From contig MEWV01000009.1 of the NCBI GenBank assembly GCA_001775445.1, positions 1 to 33,950 of the forward strand: a DNA stretch of 33,950 bases, given 5' to 3'. A program made the translations under genes and the position numbers. A model generated the notes under the pieces. It saw nothing but the letters and a program-made list of their open reading frames with translations, did no database searches and was not told the origin of the DNA. This stretch comes from Candidatus Adlerbacteria bacterium RIFCSPHIGHO2_02_FULL_54_18 (GTDB lineage Bacteria > Patescibacteriota > Minisyncoccia > Phycocordibacterales > SBAW01). This document shows positions 15,256 to 30,307 of this stretch, one piece after another (positions within the stretch are counted from its first letter, which is position 1; each line of letters begins with the position of its first letter).

Positions 15256-15918
15256 ATGATCTTCCATGTGATAACCCTCTTTCCTGAGGTTATTGAGGCG
15301 TATACGAACGCCTCGATACTCGGCCGCGCGCAGAAGCAGAAACTGCTGAAGGTTAGGACTTATCAACTGCGCGATACGGCAGGAAACAAATGGGGCAAGG
15401 TGGACGAGCGACCCTACGGCGGCGGCCCCGGTATGGTCCTGCGCGCCGAGCCGGTCATCAAAGCGGTTGAGCGTATCAATAAAAAAAAATCAAGGACGGT
15501 CCTTGATATGCCAAAAGTGATTGTTACTGCGGCGGGCGGAAAGCTTTTGACTAATGCTTACGCAAAAAAACTCAGCACATTGAAGGATGTGATTATTATC
15601 TGTGGACGCTACGAGGGGATAGATGCCCGCGCAAAAAAGGCGCTAAAGGCCGAGGAAGTGTCGGTCGGTTCTTACATTTTGACCGGCGGCGAAGTGCCGG
15701 CGATGGCTATTATTGACGCAACTGCGCGGCAGATCAAAGGAGTGCTGGGTAAATTTGAAAGTTTGGAGGAGTCGCGGGTCGCGAGCCACGAAATCTACAC
15801 CCGTCCGGAGATGTTAAAAATTAAGGGAAAGTTGTTCAAAGTTCCAAAAGTCCTCCTCTCCGGCCATCATGCCAACATAGACGCCCAGCGTAGTAAAAAA
15901 CGCAGTAAACCAAAATAA
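15256..15918 (+). CDS. trmD: tRNA (guanine37-N1)-methyltransferase
   Basis: MIFHVITLFPEVIEAY, DERPYGGGPGMVL, IIICGRYEGIDAR, SVGSYILTGGE. Confidence 0.92.
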   Translation: MIFHVITLFPEVIEAYTNASILGRAQKQKLLKVRTYQLRDTAGNKWGKVDERPYGGGPGMVLRAEPVIKAVERINKKKSRTVLDMPKVIVTAAGGKLLTNAYAKKLSTLKDVIIICGRYEGIDARAKKALKAEEVSVGSYILTGGEVPAMAIIDATARQIKGVLGKFESLEESRVASHEIYTRPEMLKIKGKLFKVPKVLLSGHHANIDAQRSKKRSKPK

Positions 15919-15968
15919 ACTACCCCGAGCGGCTTTTTACGCCAACAATGGCTGTGGACAGGCGGCAT

Positions 15969-15996
15969 TTGACAGGAAGAACGCAGGGAGTATACT
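15969..15996 (+). promoter_or_regulatory. sigma70-like promoter of rpoBC
   Basis: TTGACA (15969-15974), 16-nt spacer, TATACT (15991-15996). This lies about 185 nt upstream of the rpoBC ATG. Confidence 0.5.
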
Positions 15997-16089
15997 GGCT
16001 AACGAAACCAACGGGGCAGGGATTGAGTATCGAGTGGGGGTTTCGATACAAAAGTGCTAAAAATAACCTAGAGCTTCATACAAGAAGCA

Positions 16090-16118
16090 GGGGGAGCGTT
16101 ATACGCGCCCGCCCTTTT
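16090..16118 (+). promoter_or_regulatory. candidate attenuator hairpin in the rpoBC leader
   Basis: GGGGGAGCG-uuaua-CGCGCCCGCCC is an imperfect GC-rich stem, followed by TTTTCGTGTTTCG. Confidence 0.3.
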
Positions 16119-16180
16119 CGTGTTTCGTGAGTGCGTATAAATTGTCTTGTATTTATTATTTTAGTTGCCCCCTAATCTCT

Positions 16181-23038
<6,858 letters not shown>

Positions 23039-23065
23039 CGGATGAAAATATTAGAAAACAAAAAA

Positions 23066-23091
23066 CTCGTGGCGCAAGCCGCGGGTTTTTT
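23066..23091 (+). terminator. rho-independent terminator of rpoBC
   Basis: CUCGUGGC-GCAA-GCCGCGGG is an 8-bp stem including two G-U pairs with a GNRA loop, followed by T6 (23086-23091). Confidence 0.6.
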
Positions 23092-23115
23092 GCTTAGAGG
23101 TATACTTTTAGCATT

Positions 23116-24732
23116 ATGGCTTCGGATGAAATTCAGCAAATAAAAGACCGGATTAATATCGTCGATATTGTCGGGGCATATGTGCCGCTGCGGCGAGCGG
23201 GCCGAAGCTACGCCGGCCGGTGTCCCTTTCATAAAGAACGCACACCCTCCTTCCATGTGTCTCCCGAGCGCGGGACGTATAAGTGCTTCGGCTGCGGCGA
23301 GGGGGGAGATGTATTTAGTTTTTTACAGAAGATGGACGGAACAGACTTTCCAACGGTAGTGAAGCAGCTGGCGGAGAAGGCGGGGGTTAAGTTGGTCCCG
23401 CGCAGCAACGCGCACACCGCTACGCCCGAGCAAAAAGAGCACGACGAACGCTTGCGCGAGGTGTGCGAGGAAGCGATCGTTTTTTTTGAACGCACTCTTT
23501 CGGAGAGGAAGGACGTGCTCGACTATTTAAAAAACCGGGGGGTGCAGGACGAAACGGTTTCCGCGTGGCGCTTGGGTTATGCACCCGCCGAGTGGGAGGC
23601 ATTGTGTAGACACCTGGTGTCTACAGGGTTTTCTAAGGGTGATATTGTGGATGCCGGTTTTGCTATCAAGTCTGAAAAGAAACCCGGCGAAATCTTTGAC
23701 CGATTTCGCGGGCGGATTACGTTTCCGATTTTTGACCTATCCAGCAAACCTATCGCCGTGTCGGGGCGGTTCTTTGAAAAAGTGCCGGGACAAAAAGAGG
23801 ACGGGAGCGAACCCGCTAAATATGTAAACTCTCCGGAAACAGTCTTGTTTAAAAAGTCGCGCGTGCTCTACGGACTCGATAGGGCACGCGTGCACATCCG
23901 CACACTGGACTGCATAGTGCTGGTGGAGGGTCAGTTCGACCTCATCCTTGCGCACCAGTCGGGGCTCCCTTTCGCGGTTGCGCTCTCGGGTACAGCGCTT
24001 ACGCTCGAGCATCTTGTCATTCTCGGGCGTCTTAGCAAGCGGCTGGTGCTCGCGCTCGACGCCGACCAGGCAGGCGTGCGCTCGGGGCTGAAGTCCGCGC
24101 ATATGGCGCTTACGGCCGGCTTCGAGGTCAAGGTGCCCTCCTTCCCCGAAGGCAAGGACCCGGCAGACCTTGCGCGGGAGAATCCAGAGCTCCTTAAGGC
24201 CGCGGTGCGCACGTCAAAAAGCGCGATCGAGTTTTTTCTTGATGCGCTGCGTCCGGGAGCAAAGGACTCGCGCGCATATACAAAAATTGTCGAGGCGGCG
24301 GTGTTGCCGCTTGTAGCGGCGACTCAAAGCGCCATAGAGCAAGAGCAACATCTCCGGCTCATCGCCAACCGACTTGGGGTCTCGGAGCAGGCGGTGCGTG
24401 TGGAGTTGCACAAGCGCCCTATGCCCGTACTTGAGGAGTTGTCGCCGCAAGTGCACACGGTGTCCGTAGAATCGGGTCTCTCGCCACTGCAAAAAAAAGT
24501 CGGCATGCTCCTTTTTGGGTGGGAGGTGGGGAAAGAGCGGCTTGGTACCCTTTTTTCAGAGCAAGAAATTGCAGGATATGAGCGCGAGCTCCAGCCCCAC
24601 GCCGAAGACCTGCGTTTTAGGTTTGATGCGGAGGTAGGGGAGCATACCGACGAAGAGACGGTTGCGCGGGATATACTCGGCGAGTTGGAAAAGCAGGTGC
24701 ACAAGGAGCGTTTCAAAATGAAGTTTTTGTGA
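23116..24732 (+). CDS. dnaG: DNA primase
   Basis: CHC2 zinc finger (CPFHKERTPSFHVSPERGTYKCFGCGEGGDVFSF). TOPRIM region (VLVEGQFDLI, LALDADQAG). TATACT sits 9 nt upstream of the ATG. Confidence 0.92.
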   Translation: MASDEIQQIKDRINIVDIVGAYVPLRRAGRSYAGRCPFHKERTPSFHVSPERGTYKCFGCGEGGDVFSFLQKMDGTDFPTVVKQLAEKAGVKLVPRSNAHTATPEQKEHDERLREVCEEAIVFFERTLSERKDVLDYLKNRGVQDETVSAWRLGYAPAEWEALCRHLVSTGFSKGDIVDAGFAIKSEKKPGEIFDRFRGRITFPIFDLSSKPIAVSGRFFEKVPGQKEDGSEPAKYVNSPETVLFKKSRVLYGLDRARVHIRTLDCIVLVEGQFDLILAHQSGLPFAVALSGTALTLEHLVILGRLSKRLVLALDADQAGVRSGLKSAHMALTAGFEVKVPSFPEGKDPADLARENPELLKAAVRTSKSAIEFFLDALRPGAKDSRAYTKIVEAAVLPLVAATQSAIEQEQHLRLIANRLGVSEQAVRVELHKRPMPVLEELSPQVHTVSVESGLSPLQKKVGMLLFGWEVGKERLGTLFSEQEIAGYERELQPHAEDLRFRFDAEVGEHTDEETVARDILGELEKQVHKERFKMKFL

Positions 24733-24738
24733 TATAGT
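24730..24738 (+). promoter_or_regulatory. extended -10-like element upstream of rpoD
   Basis: TGaTATAGT overlaps the dnaG stop codon and sits 12 nt from the ATG at 24751. Confidence 0.35.
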
Positions 24739-24750
24739 ATCTGCCAACCG

Positions 24751-26037
24751 ATGGCCAAGAAGAAATCCCCCCAAAAAAAGGCCCCGCGACGCCTCAAAAA
24801 AGGCGCTTCTTCCCCTAAAAAACGATATTCCGGAGCGCGGGCCAAGAAGTTTAAAGCGGCCGCCTCCCGGCGTCGAGCCGCGCTTGCACCAAAATCAAAA
24901 CGCAAAGGCGGGGCGCCGTTTAAGGCGTCGAAGAAGAGTGATGTAAAAATCAGTCCTAAACTCCAAAAAAGAATAGACGATCAAAACAAAAAGGCCGAGC
25001 AGCTTATGGAGCGCGGCCGCCAGCGCGGGTTTGTAACCTACGACGAGATACTCAAGCTGTTTCCTCATATTGAGACCGATGTACTGTTTCTTGAGGAGTT
25101 GTACGAAAAGTTTGGTACCGCGCATATTGATGTGCTGGAGGGCGGCGGTATGCTCGAGATTACCGAAGACCCGGCAGAAAAAGGGTACTCCCGCTCCGAC
25201 AGCCAGTACGACTCCATACAAATGTACTTGCGCGAGATAGGAAAGTATCCGCTTTTGAGCGGCCAGGAGGAGCGCGACCTCGCCAAGCGCATCACCGAGG
25301 GCGACTCCGAAGCACGCAACCTGCTCGCGAGGGCAAACCTGCGCCTTGTCGTCTCTATTGCAAAAAAATATGTCGGCCGCTCGCCGGACCTTACCCTGCT
25401 AGACCTTATTCAAGAAGGGAATCTCGGACTCTTTAAGGCCGTGGACAAGTTTGACTTTACCAAAGGATTTAAATTCTCTACCTATGCGACATGGTGGATA
25501 CGCCAGGCGATAACCCGCGCGCTCGCCGACCAGAGCCGTACTATTCGTATCCCCGTGCATATGGTCGAGACGATAGCAAAGTACAAGCAAGTGTCGCGCC
25601 GCCTTTCCCAGGATCTCGGCCGTGACCCGCTGGCCGAAGAGGTGGCGCTTGAGATGGGTGTTGATGTCGAAAAAATATACCAGATAGAAAAGATAGATCA
25701 GGACACCGTCTCTTTGGAGAGCCCAATCGGGAGCGACGACGGTGAGGATAAGTCGGTCTTGGGAGATTTTATAAAAGACGACAAAATACTCTCGCCGGAC
25801 CAGGAAGTGGCGCGCCGTATTTTGGCCGACCAGCTGCACGAGATACTCGACGAACTCTCTCCAAAAGAAAGAGAGATACTAAAACTGCGCCACGGTCTCG
25901 AAGACGGCATTTACCACACGCTTGAGGAAGTGGGGAAGAAGTTTGGCGTCACACGCGAGCGCATCCGGCAGATAGAAGCAAAAGCGCTCGAGCGCATCCG
26001 CATGCACGACAAGTCCAAGCGTCTGCGGAGCTATTAA
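24751..26037 (+). CDS. rpoD: primary RNA polymerase sigma factor with a strongly basic N-terminal tail
   Basis: Region 1.2/2 ([52 protein letters not shown]). Region 3/4 ([24 protein letters not shown]). The first ~80 residues are Lys/Arg/Ala/Pro-rich. Confidence 0.95.
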   Translation: MAKKKSPQKKAPRRLKKGASSPKKRYSGARAKKFKAAASRRRAALAPKSKRKGGAPFKASKKSDVKISPKLQKRIDDQNKKAEQLMERGRQRGFVTYDEILKLFPHIETDVLFLEELYEKFGTAHIDVLEGGGMLEITEDPAEKGYSRSDSQYDSIQMYLREIGKYPLLSGQEERDLAKRITEGDSEARNLLARANLRLVVSIAKKYVGRSPDLTLLDLIQEGNLGLFKAVDKFDFTKGFKFSTYATWWIRQAITRALADQSRTIRIPVHMVETIAKYKQVSRRLSQDLGRDPLAEEVALEMGVDVEKIYQIEKIDQDTVSLESPIGSDDGEDKSVLGDFIKDDKILSPDQEVARRILADQLHEILDELSPKEREILKLRHGLEDGIYHTLEEVGKKFGVTRERIRQIEAKALERIRMHDKSKRLRSY

Positions 26038-26066
26038 GCGCTCGTACTGCGGGGTACTATAGCCCT

Positions 26067-26918
26067 ATGGCTAAGAAGGGTATTAAACGCGGCAAAACGC
26101 TCCCTATTGCTCATTGGAGCCACTCCTCTCTTATGGCCTTTTTGCGCAACCCTCTCGCCTGGTATAAGCGCTATGTTGAGTTGATTTATGACGCACCTTC
26201 CTCGCCGGCGGGGGTAGTTGGCCGTGCGGCGCACGTGGCGCTCCAGCACTACTACAGCGGGCTACCCAAAGAGGATGCACTGGCGCTCGGGGTGGAGTTT
26301 TTGCGCGCCGTGCCCGATTTTGAAATAAATTTTGGCAGGGCAGGGAAGACAAAAAAAACCCGCGCGGCAAAGCGGGCGGGTATGGAACGCGAGTACCTGC
26401 AAGCAACCGGCTTCTACCTTGAGCGCCCGCCACGCCACCGCGTGCTGGGCATCGAGGTTAAGGCCACTGCCAAAGTTGTGGGCCTTTCACTCCCCCTAAA
26501 GGCCGTTTCCGACCTTGTGGTTGAGTCCCGGGTTGAGCGTGGGGCGCTCGACATTATCGATCATAAGTTTGTGGACTCCTTCAGCCCTGCGCGGGAGGGG
26601 AAGGCCCTTTTTGTGCTGCAAGCGCTCTTCAACTACTACACGGTCAAAGAGCAGTTCGGCAAGCCGGTGCGGCGTTTTGTGGTGTACGAGTGCAAAAAAT
26701 CAAAGAACGCTGACGGCCGCGCGCAGCTGCGGCGCTACGTCATCGACTTTAAAGAGTGTGCGCAGGAGTTTGTCGTCTTTCATCGGCTTCTAAAAGACGC
26801 GACAAAAGAGATAGCGCGCACGCGCGTATACCTCCCCAACCCCTCCGACATGTTCGAGGGGGAAAACAGTTTCGATATCTACCGGCTCGGGCTGCTGGAA
26901 GAAGACCCTACTCAGTAG
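26067..26918 (+). CDS. PD-(D/E)XK nuclease superfamily protein (RecB/Cas4-like fold, no Cys cluster)
   Basis: WSHSSLMAFLRNPLAWYKRYV, GRAAHVALQ, GIEV, AVSDLVVES..GALDIIDHKF (D...D-x-K motif), LQALFNYY (QxxxY). TACTAT sits 6 nt upstream of the ATG. Confidence 0.6.
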   Translation: MAKKGIKRGKTLPIAHWSHSSLMAFLRNPLAWYKRYVELIYDAPSSPAGVVGRAAHVALQHYYSGLPKEDALALGVEFLRAVPDFEINFGRAGKTKKTRAAKRAGMEREYLQATGFYLERPPRHRVLGIEVKATAKVVGLSLPLKAVSDLVVESRVERGALDIIDHKFVDSFSPAREGKALFVLQALFNYYTVKEQFGKPVRRFVVYECKKSKNADGRAQLRRYVIDFKECAQEFVVFHRLLKDATKEIARTRVYLPNPSDMFEGENSFDIYRLGLLEEDPTQ

Positions 26919-27630
26919 CGGTTGTCGGCACCGGAGCGGCTGCGGGAGCGGCTACGTTGCCAAGCACCGCGTCGATAGCCGCACGCATCGACTCGTAGGG
27001 CTGGGCGCCGGAGAGCTCTATCGAGTCCGTGCCCACCATAATAAACACGTAGGGCGTCCCTTGCGCCCCTAGGGTGATGGCCTCGGTATAACTGTCGGAA
27101 ATTTTTTGAGCAAACTTGTTTGATGACATGCATGCGTTGAACTTGGCCGCGTCGAGCCCGACCGCTTTTGCGATGATCGGGAGTTGCGCAAGGTCGAGCC
27201 CGTTGTCGCTCGGGGTTACCTCGAAGAGTTTGTCGGTGTAGGCAAAGTAGCCCGTGTCGCCGCCCTGGTCGGCCGCGCACTCGGCGGCGTGCGCCTCCTG
27301 CGGCGCTTTGGTGTGGATAGTGGCAAGCGGGAAGGGACGCTGCACCCACGCAACGTTTCCTGTCTTGCCGTAGTAATCCATAATCTGATGCATAGTGGTG
27401 TTGAAGGTCTTGCAATGCGGACACTCGAGATCGAGATACTCAACGATCTTAACCTGCGCCTGCGGGTTGCCGAGGATATGGTCTACGCCCGGCGTATACT
27501 CGCGTACGGTTTTTGGTTCGGTGCCGCTTCCTCCTCCCGGAGTTGAACTCTTTCCGACCAAAAAAACCGCCCCGGCTATCAACCCGCCAGCGAGCACAAT
27601 GGTAATAGGCAACACGTATTGGGATTTCAT
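26908..27630 (-). CDS. membrane-anchored DsbA-family thiol:disulfide oxidoreductase
   Basis: N-terminal TM anchor (LPITIVLAGGLIAGAVFLVG). Thioredoxin-fold active site ECPHCKTF. TAAAAT sits 8 nt upstream of the ATG. Confidence 0.8.
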   Translation of the reverse strand: MKSQYVLPITIVLAGGLIAGAVFLVGKSSTPGGGSGTEPKTVREYTPGVDHILGNPQAQVKIVEYLDLECPHCKTFNTTMHQIMDYYGKTGNVAWVQRPFPLATIHTKAPQEAHAAECAADQGGDTGYFAYTDKLFEVTPSDNGLDLAQLPIIAKAVGLDAAKFNACMSSNKFAQKISDSYTEAITLGAQGTPYVFIMVGTDSIELSGAQPYESMRAAIDAVLGNVAAPAAAPVPTTATE

Positions 27631-27671
27631 ATATTTCCATTTTACCTAGTATTTGAGCCCTGCAACAGGTC

Positions 27672-27701
27672 TTGACAAATGTTCTATGTCTATGATATAA
27701 T
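27672..27701 (+). promoter_or_regulatory. consensus sigma70 promoter of the wall-hydrolase gene
   Basis: TTGACA (27672-27677), 18-nt spacer, TATAAT (27696-27701), both hexamers perfect. GGAGG (27732-27736) lies 6 nt before the ATG at 27743. Confidence 0.6.
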
Positions 27702-27742
27702 AAAACTTAGAAAGAACCCCCCTAAAGAGCTGGAGGAAAACG

Positions 27743-28375
27743 ATGTCAGTTCGATACAAAATTGTGTTGATGGCACTTTTGTTATCAGCGCTGGTCGGGA
27801 TGATTTTAAGCTGGTGGATCGAGCGTACACCGCGGCTTTCCCCCGAGGGGATGTGCTTGGCTCTCAATACGTATTGGGAGGCATCAGCGGCGCGCGAACC
27901 ACTGGACGGCCAGCGTATGGTGGCGTACGTCACCATGATGCGTGCCAAGGATAATAAGGCGCAGTGGGGTGGTGCGACGATATGCAATGTCGTTTACCAC
28001 AAGCGCTTTAAACGCAAGGGCGGGGTTGTCCCGGAGTTTTCCTGGACGATTAAACGCGGTACCCATAAGCCGCCGGCACACAAGGCGCTCTGGGTACAGG
28101 CCAAAGCTGCAGCGGAAGATGTGCGTGAGGGAAAATTTATCCCGGAGGGCGACCTCCAGCTCGCGCGGTTCTATTTGCGGCCAGCACATTCCGTCAGACG
28201 GAATGTCTGCTGGTTCAAAAAGAATCTGGTGTTCGTCGACATTGTCGGCAAACATCACTTCTATCGGCTGCCGAAGAATGTGGCAGAAAAGGCAATACTC
28301 CGGCAATCAAAGCCGCCGGAGTGCCAGCCCCTCAAGCGCAAAAAAAATAAGAAAAAAGTCGGTGCAAAACGCTGA
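27743..28375 (+). CDS. membrane-anchored cell-wall hydrolase, SleB/Hydrolase_2-like
   Basis: N-terminal TM anchor (IVLMALLLSALVGMILSWW). MCLALNTYWEASAAREPLDGQRMVAYVTMMRAK...ATICNVVY...EFSW resembles the LA.N.Y.EAR.E...GQ.AV..V..NR....C.VV...QFS pattern. Lys-rich C-terminal tail. Confidence 0.55.
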   Translation: MSVRYKIVLMALLLSALVGMILSWWIERTPRLSPEGMCLALNTYWEASAAREPLDGQRMVAYVTMMRAKDNKAQWGGATICNVVYHKRFKRKGGVVPEFSWTIKRGTHKPPAHKALWVQAKAAAEDVREGKFIPEGDLQLARFYLRPAHSVRRNVCWFKKNLVFVDIVGKHHFYRLPKNVAEKAILRQSKPPECQPLKRKKNKKKVGAKR

Positions 28376-28390
28376 CGGTACCAAGTTCGA

Positions 28391-28427
28391 CACCCGCCCT
28401 AATGAAGGGGCGGGTGCTTTCTTTTTT
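28391..28427 (+). terminator. rho-independent terminator between convergent genes
   Basis: cacccgccc (28391-28399) pairs with gggcgggtg (28408-28416) around an 8-nt loop, followed by ctttctttttt. Confidence 0.65.
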
Positions 28428-28437
28428 AAATACGAAA

Positions 28438-29013
28438 CTAAAACGGCAAAGTATGGGTAAGGGTGGGGGAGCCGCTTGGCACTGTCTCCCACTGGCTCGT
28501 GTCGAGCTTTATTTCGCGCACGCCGTCGTAGTCGCGATACTTGAGCGACCCGTGTTTTTTTGCATACTCATACAAATCGTTGGTGATAGCCACATCGGCG
28601 AGGCAGTAGTCGCGGACTTTCTCTCGCAAACCCTGTTTCCACCACTCCAGTGCCTCAAGCCCGTCACTCGTTTTATTGCGACCGAGCGTTGCCCCCGCGA
28701 GGTTGTCGAGTTTGAGCCGCCGGCCCAAAACATTTTTTACTTCTTTTAGAAGGTCGACGCTTTTTATTTTGGTGAGGTCGCCCGCGTAATACTTGCCGAG
28801 TATCGGGATGTCGAAATGGTCGGAGTTGTATCCGACTATTATGTCCGCGCTTTCAAAAAGCGGCCACATTTTATGGAGCTCGTCTTTATAAAATCCCATG
28901 AGTGCTCCGGTTTCGCTGTTGTGTACGCCGACGACGGTGACCTCAAGGTTTGAAAAGTCGCCGTTGGCGCGGAAGTCCCCCTCTGTCTCTATATCAAACG
29001 TAAGGCGCTTCAT
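28438..29013 (-). CDS. RNase H-fold 3'-5' exonuclease (DEDD, PolB-exo/YprB-like)
   Basis: LTFDIETEG (ExoI), IIVGYNSDHFDIPIL (ExoII), YCLADVAITNDLY (ExoIII). Its ATG overlaps the hisS TGA as ATGA. Confidence 0.6.
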   Translation of the reverse strand: MKRLTFDIETEGDFRANGDFSNLEVTVVGVHNSETGALMGFYKDELHKMWPLFESADIIVGYNSDHFDIPILGKYYAGDLTKIKSVDLLKEVKNVLGRRLKLDNLAGATLGRNKTSDGLEALEWWKQGLREKVRDYCLADVAITNDLYEYAKKHGSLKYRDYDGVREIKLDTSQWETVPSGSPTLTHTLPF

Positions 29014-30278
29014 AGAGTATTAAAATAGCGAGACAGTTCCTCCTGCGGCACCTGCTCCTCTGCCCCTGTCTCCAAATTTTTTATACTAAACACGCCTGTG
29101 GCAAGCTCGTTTTCTCCGACGACTATCAGCCGGGGGATTTTGTGCTTGGCCGCCGTTTTTATTTGGTCGCCGAGCTTCTTTTCTCCAAAATCGACGGCAA
29201 CATTGACCCCCTCTCGTCTCAAGGTGCCGGCGAGCGCCTGGGCCTCCACTGCAAGATCAGGGCTTGTTACGGCGATGTACACGGCCGTGGGGGGCACATA
29301 GGGCTGCAGGAGGCCTCTCACCGCAAGAAAGTCGCGGATAGTGACATCGCCCATGCCAAAGCCCACTCCGGGTACTCCGCCTTCAGGCGAGGCATCTTCA
29401 AACAGGGCTGTCAGATTGTCGTAGCGGCCGCCGCCGAAGAGCGCCCGAGTATTGTCCGGATGGGTGTCAAAGACCTCAAACACCATTCCCGTATAGTAGG
29501 CGAAGCCGCGTACTACAGAAGGATCGTACACGACAGTGCCGACCCCCGCGTCGCCAAAGTACTTTAGTAGTTCGACAACCTCCGGCGGCGGATTCTCCGG
29601 CGAGAGCACGGACTCGCTTACCCCAAGCTCGCGCAGTCCCACGCTAAAGTCGTGCTCGGATATTTTTTGTTTTTTATCCAAGAGCCCCAACAACTTTTTT
29701 GTTTGTTCCTCTGAGAGGGCGTTCTCTTGCGCCACGTGGTCAATGTAGGCGCGGCTGCCGACCTTGACCACAAAGTCGCTCTCCGAGGCGCCGAAAGCGC
29801 GCATAAGTTCGTAGGCGACCATAATTATTTCGGCATCGGCAAGCGGCGAGCGGCTGCCGAAGAGGTCCACGTTGAGCTGCCAGTGCTCGCGCAAGCGGCC
29901 ACGTTGCGGTCGCTCGTAGCGGAAGAGGTTGGGGAGCGAGTAGAGCCGGAGGGGGAAGGCGAGTTCGCGGCGGCGCGCCGCGACCATCCGCGCCACGGTA
30001 GGTGTCATTTCCGGACGCAGGGCAACCTGCCGGCCACCGCGGTCGACAAATGTATAGGATTGCTCATTTATAATTTCGGCATTATCCGCGCCTTTGGAGG
30101 TGTACAGTTCGGCGGGCTCCAGCACCGATGCGTGATACTCGACATACCCGGCCCGCTCGACGACCCCGCGGATAGTTGAAAACAGATAGGTCAAAAATTG
30201 CTGGTCCTCCGGGTAGAAGTCGCGTACGCCCTTGTACGGCTCGGTCGACAATTTTTCTGAAATGCGGTTTTTGGACAT
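29010..30278 (-). CDS. hisS: histidyl-tRNA synthetase
   Basis: KGVRDFYPED, LRPEMTPTVARMVA, RLYSLPNLFRYERPQRGRLREHWQLNVDLFG, GGGRYDNL. The start was taken at MSKNR (ATG 30278). The upstream GTG in the track lies beyond the -10 element. Confidence 0.92.
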   Translation of the reverse strand: MSKNRISEKLSTEPYKGVRDFYPEDQQFLTYLFSTIRGVVERAGYVEYHASVLEPAELYTSKGADNAEIINEQSYTFVDRGGRQVALRPEMTPTVARMVAARRRELAFPLRLYSLPNLFRYERPQRGRLREHWQLNVDLFGSRSPLADAEIIMVAYELMRAFGASESDFVVKVGSRAYIDHVAQENALSEEQTKKLLGLLDKKQKISEHDFSVGLRELGVSESVLSPENPPPEVVELLKYFGDAGVGTVVYDPSVVRGFAYYTGMVFEVFDTHPDNTRALFGGGRYDNLTALFEDASPEGGVPGVGFGMGDVTIRDFLAVRGLLQPYVPPTAVYIAVTSPDLAVEAQALAGTLRREGVNVAVDFGEKKLGDQIKTAAKHKIPRLIVVGENELATGVFSIKNLETGAEEQVPQEELSRYFNTL

Positions 30279-30291
30279 ACGGGGTGTTGCT

Positions 30292-30300
30292 TGGTATTCT
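30292..30300 (+). promoter_or_regulatory. extended -10 element for leaderless truB
   Basis: TGgTATTCT, then 7 nt (aacagaa), then ATG at 30308. TGGACA lies 17 nt upstream as a possible -35. Confidence 0.5.
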
Positions 30301-30304
30301 AACA
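30296..30304 (-). promoter_or_regulatory. extended -10 element for hisS, overlapping the truB -10 on the opposite strand
   Basis: The minus strand reads TGtTAGAAT, 17 nt upstream of ATG 30278. Confidence 0.4.
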
Positions 30305-30307
30305 GAA

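Noticed and set aside
15948-16130. 60-aa plus-strand ORF between trmD and rpoBC.
   Set aside because: It spans the predicted rpoBC promoter and leader hairpins. It has no SD or -10 context, and its translation looks random.
27942-28460. 172-aa alternate-frame plus ORF overlapping the wall-hydrolase gene, and the 140-aa minus ORF at 27884-28306.
   Set aside because: The 27743 frame has the promoter, SD, TM anchor and family motifs. The alternates are Arg/Ser-rich shadows.
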